Assembly (NCBI GenBank): GCA_051294905.1
Contig: CM119384.1
Span: forward strand, 7,130,001-7,194,000
Source of the DNA: Botryllus schlosseri
Taxonomy: Eukaryota
Direction: 5' to 3'
DNA length: 64,000 nucleotides
Shown: piece by piece, positions 46,559 through 59,521 of the stretch
How positions within the stretch are numbered: position 1 is the first letter of the stretch
Layout of the letters: each line of letters starts with the position of its first letter
Program-made: the position numbers and the translations under genes
Notes under the pieces: model-generated
What the model was told of the DNA's origin: nothing
What the model saw: the letters and a program-made list of their open reading frames with translations, nothing else
Database searches by the model: none

Positions 46559-49500
46559 TTATTTTGCTGGCTCCTTGCTTTCTGCTGGCTCTGCAGTCGC
46601 AGTTGGTTTGGGCATGACTCCATCGATATAGCCAGCGATGGTCTTCAGAGTCTTCTCGTAACACGTATTTGCAGAGGTGGTAGAGCTGAGGCGTTCCTCC
46701 GTCAGTGTCAGCTTCTTCTTCACATCTTCGTGCTGCGACTCCAAGGAAGACTTTGCATCCTTTGTCTTTTCCAGTTCGTTGGTCACACCAGCTGTAATTA
46801 TCAGCAACATGTCAGCAACTCGGCATGACAGTTTTCACTAGAAATACATTGGTATCGGGCATACCTAATTTTGCATTCAGCTTTTCAATGGCTGTTTCCA
46901 TATCGGCCATTGACGCTTCGTTTTTCTCCAGTCTGTTGTGGAGAGATTTTACATCCAGTACAGAGCCCTAAAAACACAGGCTTTGATCATTCACCATTAA
47001 ATTTCAAACATTGAAAGTTAGAAACATCTTGCAGTATAAGAATAAATTTTACGTTAGAACCAGAGCTTGAAGTATTGAATTTAGTATAAACTTTCTGTAG
47101 CCATAGAAAAAATGTGAGCTTTATCAATTTATGATACGACTGAGTGTGATGCATTGAACCGAGTATATTAAACTTTTTGTAGCTGAATGAATAGCCACGA
47201 AAAAAAAACGATGCTAGGTAAATGATTTACATTATAAGAGACCATCCCATCTTTCTGTTTGGAGGGTGTCTTGGTGCCTTTGGTGACAGATCTTAGTAGC
47301 AGTGCCTGAAGAGGGAAAATTTCAAAGATCAGACCTCACAAGCGTAAATTGTTTCGGCTAAAGGATTGTTACTTTGTTCCAAGAAGGAAACTCATCCAAG
47401 TCCACGGCATCCGGTACAAGTTGTTTATACTCTTCTACGAGGCGTTCTGGTACATCAGTGAGCTTCCGGTATTTCAAGACGTCGTTGTCCAGGTAAGGTG
47501 CTAGCAGCTTTCGGATCTGCATAGAGTAAATTATTCCCGAATTTACTCGCAGTCGAAGAAAGAGATCAAATGTTAGTGGGCAATATGGTAGAAAAATAGG
47601 AACAGGAGACCCGAACTCAATGCTTTCATAGGAATTTTCAAAAACGCACTAAAATTGATTTTCGAAATGCAACTACTGTAGCCGAAATAAACGTTGCCAA
47701 TTTTTCTACGGTCATCTCGTGCCACAACCACCGAGGAAATAATGACCCTGTCCCATGTACATCAGCGTCACACCTCACAGTGAGTGACCAGGGATTTTTG
47801 TGCTCTGTGACACCAAAATGACTGGTATGTCTTAAGGACATGGTATTCACACTTCCATTTGTGTGTCGACTTTTATCAAAATACACCAACCCAAACTCTA
47901 GCAACAAAAGGAGTTTGTGTACCACCTGAAAATACTACATTGAACACTCTCTTGTTTAAAATTTCATTCTGGTGACGTCATATTTTGTGATATGACTGTT
48001 GATATACAATGTTCTTTCCAATTCTCTACTAGTTGCTGACGATGACCCCTGACGAGTGTCAGCCGAAAATATCCCGGTTTATTTCAATATGAATATTCAC
48101 TTGTATATTGAAGTTCTGTACTTCCAAGAAGCTCTTTAAAGAGCATATCTATGAAAAAACTAGTCTAAGAAATAACCAAACTCGCAATTTCATGACTTCA
48201 GCATACCATATCACAATTCATTATTTAAGAGGGGTCGAACAGCCAATCGGTAAAGTGTATCGCAATATAAAGGTCGTCATATTCGCGGAAGCGCAGTTAC
48301 CGCGCTGCCAAAGTTGTCCCGCATCACGTCACACTGCTACAACATGCTAACCTGCGAGCGAGACAGCCCGAGTCCGGTGGAATGCAGAATCTCCGTGATG
48401 TCCGAGTTTTTTATATAACCGCACTGTGCGGTGTCGAAAAAGACGCAAGAAAACAGAACGTCTTTGCGTAGAGTTACCATCTTCTCCTCAACTTTCTGCA
48501 AAAGGACATAAAAATATATCCGTCATGCACGATAAAAGTTGACTTAAAAAAGACAAAATTGTATTAACTGGATTTAAAAGCTATTTTATCAACAAAATTA
48601 CCGTTTTAATTTTGCTTAGTTCTAACGGCCAAAGTAGCCACTGATTTGTCTCCTTTGTCGAGCGAGCGAGAGCGAGATAGTGTAATGGTTATGCGTCCGG
48701 CTTCTCGAGCGGTAGGTCGTGGGTTCGATCCCCGGCCGGGTCATACCAAAGACTCGAAAATTGGTATCCGCAGCTATCCTGCTAGGCGCTCAGCAATCAC
48801 GGATAGCATGGAGGAGAAAAAAAACGGGGGCGCAGACTAGATGACCTCATGGGGCCGTATCGCAACTCCGTCGTCAAAGCATCTCGATGGTGCAGGCGAA
48901 AAAGAATATCATATCTCTCTCTCTCTCTCTGTCAAAAATATGTTTGTTACCTTGATGGATGCTGTCGGCTTGGTAGTTTCGTCAGCCTGCGTTTTCTCCA
49001 CAGATTTTTCCTTTTTCGCATCTCCACCCTCTGTGGACATCTTCTCATCTTCGGCCACAACTTTAAAAAGATTAGCGAGTCAGGTGATGGTCTCGGGGGA
49101 CTGGAATAGTGTATCTCGATTCAATTTCACGATAGCAATCACCAAAGTTAGTTACAAAACTTCGCACAAGCTTGTCAGATACAGAATATCAACGAGTCTC
49201 CACAAGTTCGAGTGTGTTTCCATTGTTCATCGACTCTCGCCATAAACACTGATGGTCTCAATGTGATGGTAAGCAAACCATTCTAGAAAGGATCTTCGAC
49301 TACACAGACAAGATATGATTGTACACCGGCTTCGGCCGTAATATAAACCTATTTCAAACACCGCAACGCACCTGCATCACCACTTTCTTCCTCAGAAGCT
49401 TTTTCAGCTTTATCATCACCCTAAAACATCGTGTCGAATGATAACGCGCAATACATCACATACATCACAAAGAAGTCTTACCTCCTTGTCTTCCACTTTT

Positions 49501-52500
49501 GGTTTCTTAGCATCCGGTTCGTCGGTTTCCAGCTCTTTCTTATCGTCGGTGTCGTCTGTGTCCTTCAACACTATTTCAGGCAACGGCCTGTACAGAGCCT
49601 TGTATATGGTAAGAGCGTGGTCGCGCTGCAGCATTTGCTTGAACGACTCGGCAAAAAGAGACACCTGCGTTCAATAATGTCATCATTGCATGCACAGTAA
49701 TTGGAGTCCAACGCAACGGTCAAAATATAAATAGTACCGGCGCAGGACATTATTCTACAGTGAGACGGCTAAACATATACTATCCAGATAACCCACCTCA
49801 AAAATTGATTCCCTATTGTCTTCCTGTCTGTACTCCAAAAGGGTGGACAAGGGTGCTACGACGCATTCGAAAGCCCCTTTCTTGTATTCCGGATTCGGAT
49901 GGACGGGAATTTTGGGAGGCGCCTCGGGCAAAGTCCATATTTTACGGAACTTCTCCTTGTCGACCTGATTTGAAAAAATGACTTTCCTATTTATGATCGA
50001 GCCGTGATTTGCAAACTTTGAGTGTGAACGAAATCACAGTATTATTAACATTTACAATGCAACAAAAGTCCAGCACATCAAAAGATATGCATTTTTAGTG
50101 TTACCATGCCATGTTTTTAAGGGACATATATAAAGAGGTTCAGTTGTAGTTTGCTAAAAACTAGATGAAACACGATTTATTACAAAAGACGGTCATTGAA
50201 TCAACGTGATTGAAAGCACTCAAATTTCTCCTTCGGAGTATTGATGGTTTCCAAACCTTCTCCAGTCACAGGGTACTACTCTCACGATATTTTCAAGCTC
50301 ACGGACTCAGGAATCGTAGAAATCGACCCACACCCGAACCAATGACTTTACAAAACCCCACGTTGAACAGCAACGTGGGCCCCTAGCATGCGAAAAGTTG
50401 CTAGGACTTGGATCAGAAATTTCAATAAATATTTCGTATTCTGCCGCCCTAATTTATACTGTTTGCGACTTTGAGATAGAGGATAAGATGAATATCCAAA
50501 ACTTAATATTGATTTACCGTGGGTTTTTCCTCCTCTTCCTCCTTGGGCGTCTGCTCTGCGTCGGACTTCTTACTCGAGTCTTTATCGTCACTCGTCTTCT
50601 CATGCGCCTCAGATTCCGATTTCTCCTCCTTGACTTCAGGCAGCGGTTCTTCCGAGTCCTTCTCCGGCTCGGTTTTTTTCTCCTCGTCGATCTGAAAAGC
50701 AACGTGGCAGCTTGCGTCACGTGCAACAACCTGGTGGGGAATGCGAGCGGTTTGCTCTTGAGAATCCGACAACCAAAGTTTAATGTCACTCTTCAGTACA
50801 TAACAAGGTGGGATATATATAACATTGTAAGCCTACCCCATAGCTAGCACTGTTTTTTTTCTAGATATCATATCATAGATATCCTCTCTACCCAATTATT
50901 TCACAAGCGCACCAGGTCCTTGCGATTTGTTGAGAGAGAGGAGTGAGAAAGTATATTTGACTTCTTCTGACTGAGGCTACCAGCGAATCATTGCTCAGTT
51001 GGCCACACATTGATTTGTCTGAACTACTCTCTGCCACAAACCCGCCATCGGCTGGGTACCATCACTCATTTTGCTCAACAGCGGCTGGGTTTTTGGGAGG
51101 CAGCCATCGGGAACTGAGCTCTGAACACTACACTTCTGGTTTGCAAGAACAGAGAGCTGATCTCAGTTGGATTTCATACAAAGATCGTTATCACAACACT
51201 AGGGTAAAAAGTTCACACGTCGCCACACCTTCTCCGCTTTCACGCTTACAGCCTTCTTCTCCTCCTCCAGCGCTTCCGAAAGTCTCTCGATCAAAGACGC
51301 TTTCAGTCCACGAGAAGACAGCCCTCGGGATTCCAGCTCTTTTCTGAGATCCGAAACCTGTTCCACGCGAAAATGCAGATCCAGAATACATTCCCACCCA
51401 AAGACAAAAAAATCGGCTGGTACCAACCTTCAAACTCTTCACATCGAGTGTTTTTTCGTCCTCATTCCCAGCGTCTTCAACTGCTGCAGTATCTCCCCCA
51501 GCAGATTCCATGCTGGCGTCCATACTTTCGGGTTCCTCCACCTATTTCAAAACACATCGTAAGGTATTTGGCAAACAAAGGGGGGCAGTAACTAACTAAC
51601 TAGGTCAAGTCATTGAGAGAGAATGCATACTGCGTTTTCTCCGCTTACATTCACTGGTGAGGAATTGTAAAGCCAAGCGAACCAATTCTGATGAAGCGCA
51701 AACACGTCGTCAAATGCGCTATTAGAAGTGCGCTGGGTATGGTGAAGAATTCCGGCGCCAAGCTCTCAACGATAACGAAAGGAAAGCAAACTATATGTGA
51801 AAAGAGAAGTATGTATGCCTTCTGCTCAGCGTTGGCGTCATCGCTAGCGTCTGTCGCTGCGGCCTCTTTCTCGGCGTTTTTCTTCTCAAGCTCGCGTTCA
51901 GCCGCGCAGATGACGGCCTCGGAAGTGTCAAGATAGATTTTACGAAGGTCGTCGTATTCATCCCGAGTAGGCATGCAAGAGTGGACGTCTGGCATGAATA
52001 TCACTGTCGTTTCCACCCTATCGGGAACCGTTTGACCCTTTCTGACTTCCTCGTCTCGGTGGTACTGTATCTCGACCATGCGACGCCTTCGTATTGGGCG
52101 CGGCGCGAGTCAATTTTGTGATTTGTTGGCCCGTGCGCAGTGGTGTCGTTGTAGATGTAACGCCGTCCATGAAGGGATGGTTATTGTAAATGAAAAAAGA
52201 AGATACCATTGGTCAGATTGGGGATATCAGGATATTATCGGCTCTGGAATGTCGACATGAAATCTGTCCTAAAACGGGAACCGTGGTCTAAATATAATGT
52301 GGTCTGGATTGAAGGTGTGAAAACATTATTGGCAGCACCTATTTTTCTCACAAAGCCACAGTATTTGAACTACAACTAAAAGATATTCACAAGTGTTAAT
52401 ATTGTACTCGAACTAGATCTGCAGTGTGAGATCACGTCTTATTTCTCACATCACTTCTTAATCCAGCAAAGTTTGTGGCAGGCATTTCTTCACCGTTGCA

Positions 52501-55500
52501 CTTTCTCAATGCGACCTCCGTCTTAGTCTAACTTCTTCAGGAATTAGGCGAAAAATATGTGATGTGTGACCGACTTTGCTTCCACATGATGCAACAGCAC
52601 AGACTCTGGTACAGGGGTTCTCAACCTTATTATGACCGTGGCCCATTTTCGGGTTTGAAAATGTTCTGTGGCCCACCTAATCTTAGTCCTGTTCAATGTG
52701 TGGCAGGCTTATCGCCGCCGCCAAAATGCCTATTTCTCTAAAATTTGCACAATTTCGTCCTACTAATCATTAGGGATGGTGTGAACGCGAGGTTCACGTT
52801 CGCGTTCTGTGTGTGAACCTCAGATATTTAGAGGTTCGCGTTCACAAACGAACCTTGGTAGGTTCTGCACTGTGAACCTTTTTCATATATTACAATTTTC
52901 ACTTCATTATAGCATCTTTGGTTGACATTTAATGCATTTGAACTGCGGGCCCGGTATATGCATGACGCTAGCAGCATAAAAATCAACACTAAACGAGCAT
53001 GCACCTTGACAATCTCAAACATTTTACTTGCTTTGTTACAATTGTTTGTTCGAAATATCCAGCTTTCCGTTTGCGAATATTTAGTGACTCGTCTCTGCTG
53101 TGAGCCTGACACACAATTCCATAACATCAAGAGCGAAACACTACATGTAGGTAGTCAGCGTATGACTCTTGTCCAACCAATCAATGAAATTAATATCGTT
53201 GTCTGATGTAAAAAATCTAGCAGGTGTACGGGGTCAATCTCGATTTCATATGTTTATTGTATCATAAAAACCAACTCTGTGGATTGGGGTGTTGGCTACT
53301 GCTGTATAACTTGTTAAAGGGGTAACATCGGTAGCGAGTAGGGAAACCCGTTTTACACTCTGCTCAATATCAACTTAGCAATACTCGGGACGCCGAATAC
53401 ATTGTCCGGTCTGACCTTGACCGTTAAGGCGTAAGCTTATGTTCCCTTCAAGTTCTCGTCGAAATTGTGGCAAAGCGACGCAAGATATTGATTTTCTGGG
53501 ATGATTATATCAATTGATTGCCCCAGTTGATACATCTGTAGACGTTTAAAACATCAATAGGTATTTCAGCATTGTGGCATTATCTGGCCCGAATTGCCGC
53601 TAGGTATTGCAAGGATATCACTTCACTGAAATGTAGGGTTGGAATTAGCAATATGACGTCACATGACGTCATGAGGTTCACGTTCGCGTTCACACAGAAC
53701 CTTTCAAAAAGGTTCGCGTCCACACGAACCTGAACCTGTCAGAGGTTCGCACCATCCCTACTAATCATATTTAAATGTAGGCCTGCAGGGACATGCAATC
53801 ATGAAATCGCGCTTGAAATTTTTCAAGTCGAATAAATATCCTTCACGAAACGATTTTTGGCCCCTTCATGCTCCAATTCCAATTGGAGGTTTGAGCGCAA
53901 CAGTTATACGACCCTGGACGATTGTATAACTTGCGTACTTCCACTGTTCCACTCACGTCGCGAAACCCAATGATTCAATCCCCACATCCATTGTGTGTTT
54001 TGGGTTTTAGTTCCACTATGGTGGGGAACAATATAATAATAAATTGCAATTGCGGCTATTTTTATGTTACAATAATACGACGTGCCAGAGTACCGTAAAT
54101 CTACATCCAATGCACTTCCGTCCAAGTTTAATGCACACCCTTTTCAAGGGCAGAAGACAGATTACACTGCCGGAATACTTGGTTACTTCAGCACTAACTT
54201 CGAGTTATTATAATCGAAATTATTTTCGATGAAGTTGGCCGTAGGTTGTCATACCCAGGGGACAAATGCGGCTGTCTGCCTTCCCTTTTTCGACTTGTAC
54301 ATCGTGAATCCATACTTGCCATTGCCACTACATCTCATCAGAGTCGGATGGAAAGTTTTATGTAGCCTACATATAATTCGATACTATGATTATATGAACA
54401 TAAACACATATTGAACTTTCACTAATTCTACAATTTTACAAATAGCTCTGTGGCCCACCTCAAATTACTCTTGTGGCCCACCCTTTGAGAACCCCTGCTC
54501 AGGTACCAACTTGTAACAAAATCACCATACTACCCAAGGTTCGATTGTACGGTATAATTGACCATGCAGCCTAGAGCCTACTATACTGTAAAAAATTCCT
54601 CTTAGAATCAGATAAGGCCAACGGCTGCTGCCAATAATGTTTTCACACGTCGACTAAAATTTGATACCCCATCGCAGTCAGAGCGCAGTGCTCCTCTATT
54701 CATTTTTCTGCGTTTCAAGTCAAATTTACGTACCAGCTGGTGCATTTACTGAGATCAATCCCAGTCAGAGCTTTGCACGTCCTGATGGCGGTATTGATCA
54801 GCGTACGGGGATTAGTCGCTGGATTGGGTCCATCCAAGGATGGAGACCACGGGCCACCGATAGCCATGTATTCCTTTTTGCCTTTGTTACCAAGCAAAAA
54901 CTGCAAAAATAGATTATGCATAACTAACCCATTTGCAGGGCACAGATTTCACTTTTAATACTTTGCAAAGGCGCATTTGGTGTTGGTGATCTTGCCCACC
55001 CGCCACTTCACAACACATCTCGTACAAGTCATCGGTCGATGGCATGCTGAGAAGCATCACTCTTACGGTCCAGGAGTAATCGCAGTCGGGATTGGACACG
55101 ACGGCTTTGTCTTGGTCCAAGAATTGAGCTTCCTGGAAATTTTTAACAGCATTTCACGACGACGAATATTGATTGACGGTGTTCAGAATATCATCGCAAT
55201 GAAATTGAACGATCAATTTCCGACAAAACTGTTTCTTGCAAGTATCCTTCCAAGGATTCAATAAAGAACACATTTCAATATTGTAATTAACAGCTACGGA
55301 TTGGCACAACTATTCCAGTGCTTGAATCAAACCAAAGTATCGATTTAAACGATTCGAGTAGAAGAGTGCGACATAAACTTATATGATTCTTGCGACCAAG
55401 AGTTATTTTTTCAGCGAAAATTATAGTTTCGATAATTCCTTCACACCCCAGAATGTGTGGCAAATACCTATGCATGTTCATAAGAATTATATGTCTTTGA

Positions 55501-57136
55501 AGTACAATGATAAACCTACGGGGTTGTCACAACGCATTCTGTGATATTCAAGTTAGAGTCGTACAAATTAAATTCTAATCAAGTTGAAGTGGCAATAGTA
55601 GGCTGTATATGTGGCAGAAGGAATGGTACGTACTCGCATGTGCAGATATGAAAATGATTTCAAACATTTGATCTTGGAAAACATAACACAATGTTCTCAA
55701 AACACGTAAGTTATGACTAGAGCTAATGTGCCTGCCTACCCAAAGAGGTTACACTTTGCAGTCCAAATCGATAGCATGTACAAATGACCAACCTTTGGCA
55801 TGATATGAAACAGGCACTTCCTAGGCTTGTGTGGCTGCTGTGCGGAAAAGGAACGCTGCCAGTCGAAAGTGACGTTGATGAAAGCGCTCGGAATGTACAG
55901 GTTGTGATGCAGAATTTTCAAGCTCTGCACTCCAGAGTGATCGCTGAAAATTAAGGAGATTCGGCAAAATGAAAAGACAAAATTTTATTTGTCACAATTT
56001 GACTCACCGATTCAAGGTGTTTTTCACGTATCTCACCAGATATTTTGGCCCGGGTTTGGGTTTCTCAGACGAGCTTTCTCTCCTGCAATACGATAAGGTT
56101 TCATTACATTGGCGCCAAGACAGTTCATAAATTTATAAATCAGTATCTATCTAGTAACCTAATAGTGCAGGCTTTGAATATTACTAAAATAACCTTACCT
56201 TCTTTTACGGGAATCCTTATTTCGATCCCAGTTACGTGGCGGTGAACGTCTATTGGTTGGTCCTCCACGCCTTCGAGAAACAAACATAGAAATACAGGGG
56301 AGCCAGCCACATCAAACACAATCCAAAGTTGATCACTCCAGTGGAAGTGACTTAGTGAAATTTCACTCGTGTACCAAAATTACCTCAAGTTTGAGTAGGC
56401 TAAAACATGTTCATTATATATCAAAGTATATCATAGGCCTATTTGAAATGTCTTGAGAGCTAGGCATACTAGGCTTTTGATCATTGTCAACTTGTAAATT
56501 GAAAACTGGATCAAGCACACCTTCCTCAATTCTGTGTATGTGGCGTAAGCAGATGCTAATATAATTGAAAGCACCTAGGCCATGTTTGGATGTAACAATC
56601 ATATAGGCATAACAGCCATGATTCATTGTGGTAGAGTGTATATCGATCATATCACAATGCTCGAGTCCAATATTTAGGGGGCGGCAAAAGATAATATACA
56701 GATACTCAGACATACGAGTGCAAAACTTACCTATGATTTTGCTCTCTGTGAGGATTATGATGGATCGGACGTTGATTAGGATGCGGAAGAAGCGAGGTAG
56801 GTGCAGGACCAAGTATACCGGCTAAGACACAATATAATATATTATTTTGGGCTAATAATCTTTGTAACGGATGCAACTCACCCCCTCCATGATTTGAAAC
56901 AAATTTTAGACCACTTGGAGTGAAGTTGGCCCTGCCCTGTGAAATCAATATGCGTTTTTCACAACTGTATATAGCAGATAGGATGAGCCGATGAGGTCCA
57001 CGCTATGGGACTCTAACACCAAGAATTTCGAGATATAAACCCGATATCCTACCTGATTGTTGAAATGATTGCCAGACTGACGCATTTGCTGATTCGAGTG
57101 ATTCGAATACCTTTGATTCCATTTATTGTATGACAT
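46559..57136 (-). CDS. CCAR1: Cell division cycle and apoptosis regulator 1 (DBC1/NUDIX-like, SAP, EF-hand-like, coiled coil), ~915 aa
   Basis: Exons 57136-57053, 56936-56882, 56821-56731, 56270-56199, 56082-56008, 55943-55793, 55132-54953, 54900-54734, 52086-51819, 51541-51428, 51357-51250, 50691-50518, 49964-49797, 49664-49482, 49420-49372, 49060-48951, 48495-48352, 47516-47373, 47305-47231, 46967-46865, 46791-46559; sum 2748 nt. Motifs NLYIPS.F, MAIGGPWSPSLDGPNP, TAIRTCKALTGIDLS.C, SAP VSDLRKELESRGLSSRGLKASLIERL, FEVSLFAE.F..MLQRD. Confidence 0.92.
48672..48930 (+). mobile_element. Young tRNA-derived SINE (family C), second copy
   Basis: Differs from 45940-46190 at only a handful of positions; its (CT)n tail ends ~15 bp from a CCAR1 5' splice site. 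Confidence 0.9.
52612..54497. mobile_element. hAT-Charlie-like non-autonomous element, ~1.9 kb
   Basis: TIR CAGGGGTTCTCAA / TTGAGAACCCCTG; TSD CTCTGGTA / CTCAGGTA (7/8); internal GTGGCCCACC repeats; possible decayed KYGFT transposase N-terminus on - near 54300-54330. Confidence 0.88.
52771..53760. mobile_element. hAT element nested in 52612-54497 (GGTTCGCG repeats)
   Basis: TIR TAGGGATGGTG / CACCATCCCTA; perfect TSD CTAATCAT. Confidence 0.92.
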
Positions 57137-58079
57137 TTTGGTTTTACTGGAGTTAAAGCAGATTCACTATGAAGGTATGATGTACTGCCTAGAAATGAGA
57201 ACAAAGTATTATTTTCCAATGGTACATTATGAGTCACACTGGTTCTCGGCAATAATTTGAGCGTGACAGAAGGGTTTATTGTATGGAATAGCGGTAATCG
57301 AGTATTAACGGAAATCACACTCTCAGCAGCAAGGTATCATTACAGTTGTTACGAATCTGTAAATTAGGCTACATTGCTGGTTAATACAATCCGATCCGTC
57401 AATACTGGAGACACAAAACACGTGACAAATATAGAATATGATATCAGAGTTGACAAAGTCTGAAAGTAGACATTTATGATGATAGTGAACTACGGTATTC
57501 AACTATATAGACAAGAAATACTATCAATCTCCACTCGAAGCAACATTATACACGACGAGGATATCTTTCCTACCTTCATTATTATTCCATATGTATACAT
57601 TGTACAATGATAAATATATTCTACTATTCAACATGAAAGTAGGCCTATACAATCAATGCAATGCAATCAGCAGATCTATTGTTTTCATCATCATCGCCCT
57701 TCGACAGAGAAGATAAAATGCGAAACACAAGACCGTGAAGAAATAATGCGATGCTATGATTGAACAGGTACGAAGACTACAACAAGTCGTTTCTACATGT
57801 CCTTCCTTAAAAATCATTGTATCGCAATTCTTGTTGTACCCGGAATCAAAAAGAAAATCGAATTACCCTTTTACTCTGATTCAACAGCTATCGCCAGTAA
57901 ATAGCGGACCGCACCACGGAACAGACGCTGTTATCGTGGCATGATTTACGTATAAACGGACATAAACGATACACCATTTTCATATCAACTAGTATGGTAG
58001 AGCTATTACAATTTTTTTCTCATATAGGACACGGCTTTAACAGGTTGATCAAACGAAGAAAAGAACTAGAAAATGGCTT

Positions 58080-59150
58080 ATCGCTCGCTATGCGTGAATT
58101 GCGACTGCGGGTAGCGGTGGCGAGTATATACCATTTTTTAAAACTCATTCAGTGGCAGTTGTACAATCTCTATAGTGGCTTTGAGGGTTACTTTGACTTT
58201 TAAATTATTGCCTGATCATATATCATTAGATAAACGTGAATTCAGACAATCCTAGGCGTGATTATCGATTATGTACCAATATCACTTTGAAACTCTTATT
58301 GTCACGCGTGAATTGCGTTTACGAGCAGCACGCAAATACCTTTTTCAAAGTCTAGAAGACCCAATACTATTTGCCGATGATTACTTTGGTGATACAATAT
58401 TTCTCTAATGTTTTAATAAGAGATAAAAGTGAATTAAGACTGTTCTAGGAACGACAGGATATACAAATAGCACTTTGAAATCGAGTTATCGTTACTCATG
58501 ACTACCGTTTTTTCAAAGTCAATTTTGCAACAAGGACCGTTTCCCGTCATTGCCATACCTATACTTACTAAAATGTAATGCAGTTAAGATATCCTGACGA
58601 ATCATAAGATACAGCAATGAACATACGGTGTAAATGCGTTGCGTCATGACAAAAAACCATCTAGTATTCTCTGAATAATGACCGGAGAAAGGAAGCAAAC
58701 GAGGGAAGCCAATGAAACAGCGAGGCGCCACTATAAGCCAAGGTAGGTGTTAGATTAATAGACCGCTAATTGCAGTTTCGACATCATCACCATCAATTAC
58801 TTTACGTGACCGAGCCTGGCGGAAATGAAAACATCCATAACTGTAAACCCGCATCTGTGTGGCAATGTACAGTACACTGTACAGTTAAGTATGGAAGAGA
58901 GAAGAAAGCGGCAAATCGGCGGCGTGACTACGTGAATTCGTCCTTGTGGGTCAAATCGTTTTATTTTATTATCAATAGATTATATTATATGATTATAGAT
59001 TATATGTTTATTCTTTTGAGAGAATCTTTTGATAATAAATGAGCTACTAGCGACTGTTTGTTCGAAAAAAGTTTGATTTTCCCGAGGCGTCGCCTGAGGC
59101 AAACGCGGAAACGTTACGGGGTTGACGTTTTTGCACACGTGTCATTCAAA
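58080..59150. promoter_or_regulatory. Putative bidirectional promoter region CCAR1(-)/DPY19L1(+)
   Basis: Head-to-head genes; CpG-rich patches at ~58080-58130, 58700-58930 and 59080-59140; minus-strand donor CACC|gtatgt at ~58626 suggests a noncoding CCAR1 exon 1. Confidence 0.55.
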
Positions 59151-59521
59151 CTGTGGATAATCTCTTTCCCCTTGTCGTTAGTTATCGACGATCGATTGCG
59201 GTATATGGCAGCATATCTGTGGCTTCATTGCTAAATTTGTGCAGCAGAAAATATAATATCCAATACGTTTTAGTTCCTTTGACTCCCACTTTTACTCAAC
59301 ATTGCACGTTTATTGCAGCGCGAGCCATATTGTAGACGAGCGCGCATATCGTATGTTGATTGCTGAGTGTTGACGTCTGCTGCCGGGTTGTGTTTTGCGA
59401 AGTGGTATAGCTTGGCGCGTGTTCTGTTGGGTAGACTCGCTACTAAGCCTTGCCTTCGTTTTTTAGATAAACTTACCAAGTGTAGTGTAATTGGTGGCGC
59501 CATTACCTAATCAAAGACAAT

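Noticed and set aside
50357-50382. 9-bp hairpin CCCACGTTG-AACAG-CAACGTGGG
   Set aside because: Isolated short stem with no TSD or box motifs; not enough evidence.
50398-50847. 149-aa hydrophobic ORF on +
   Set aside because: Antisense reading of the Glu/Lys-rich CCAR1 exon 50691-50518.
57270-57720. SNORD98-like or other C/D snoRNA in CCAR1 5' introns
   Set aside because: CTATTCCAT (9 nt) and a GATGATGA...CTGA pair exist separately, but there is no complete C/D architecture with terminal stem and at least 10-nt rRNA guide.
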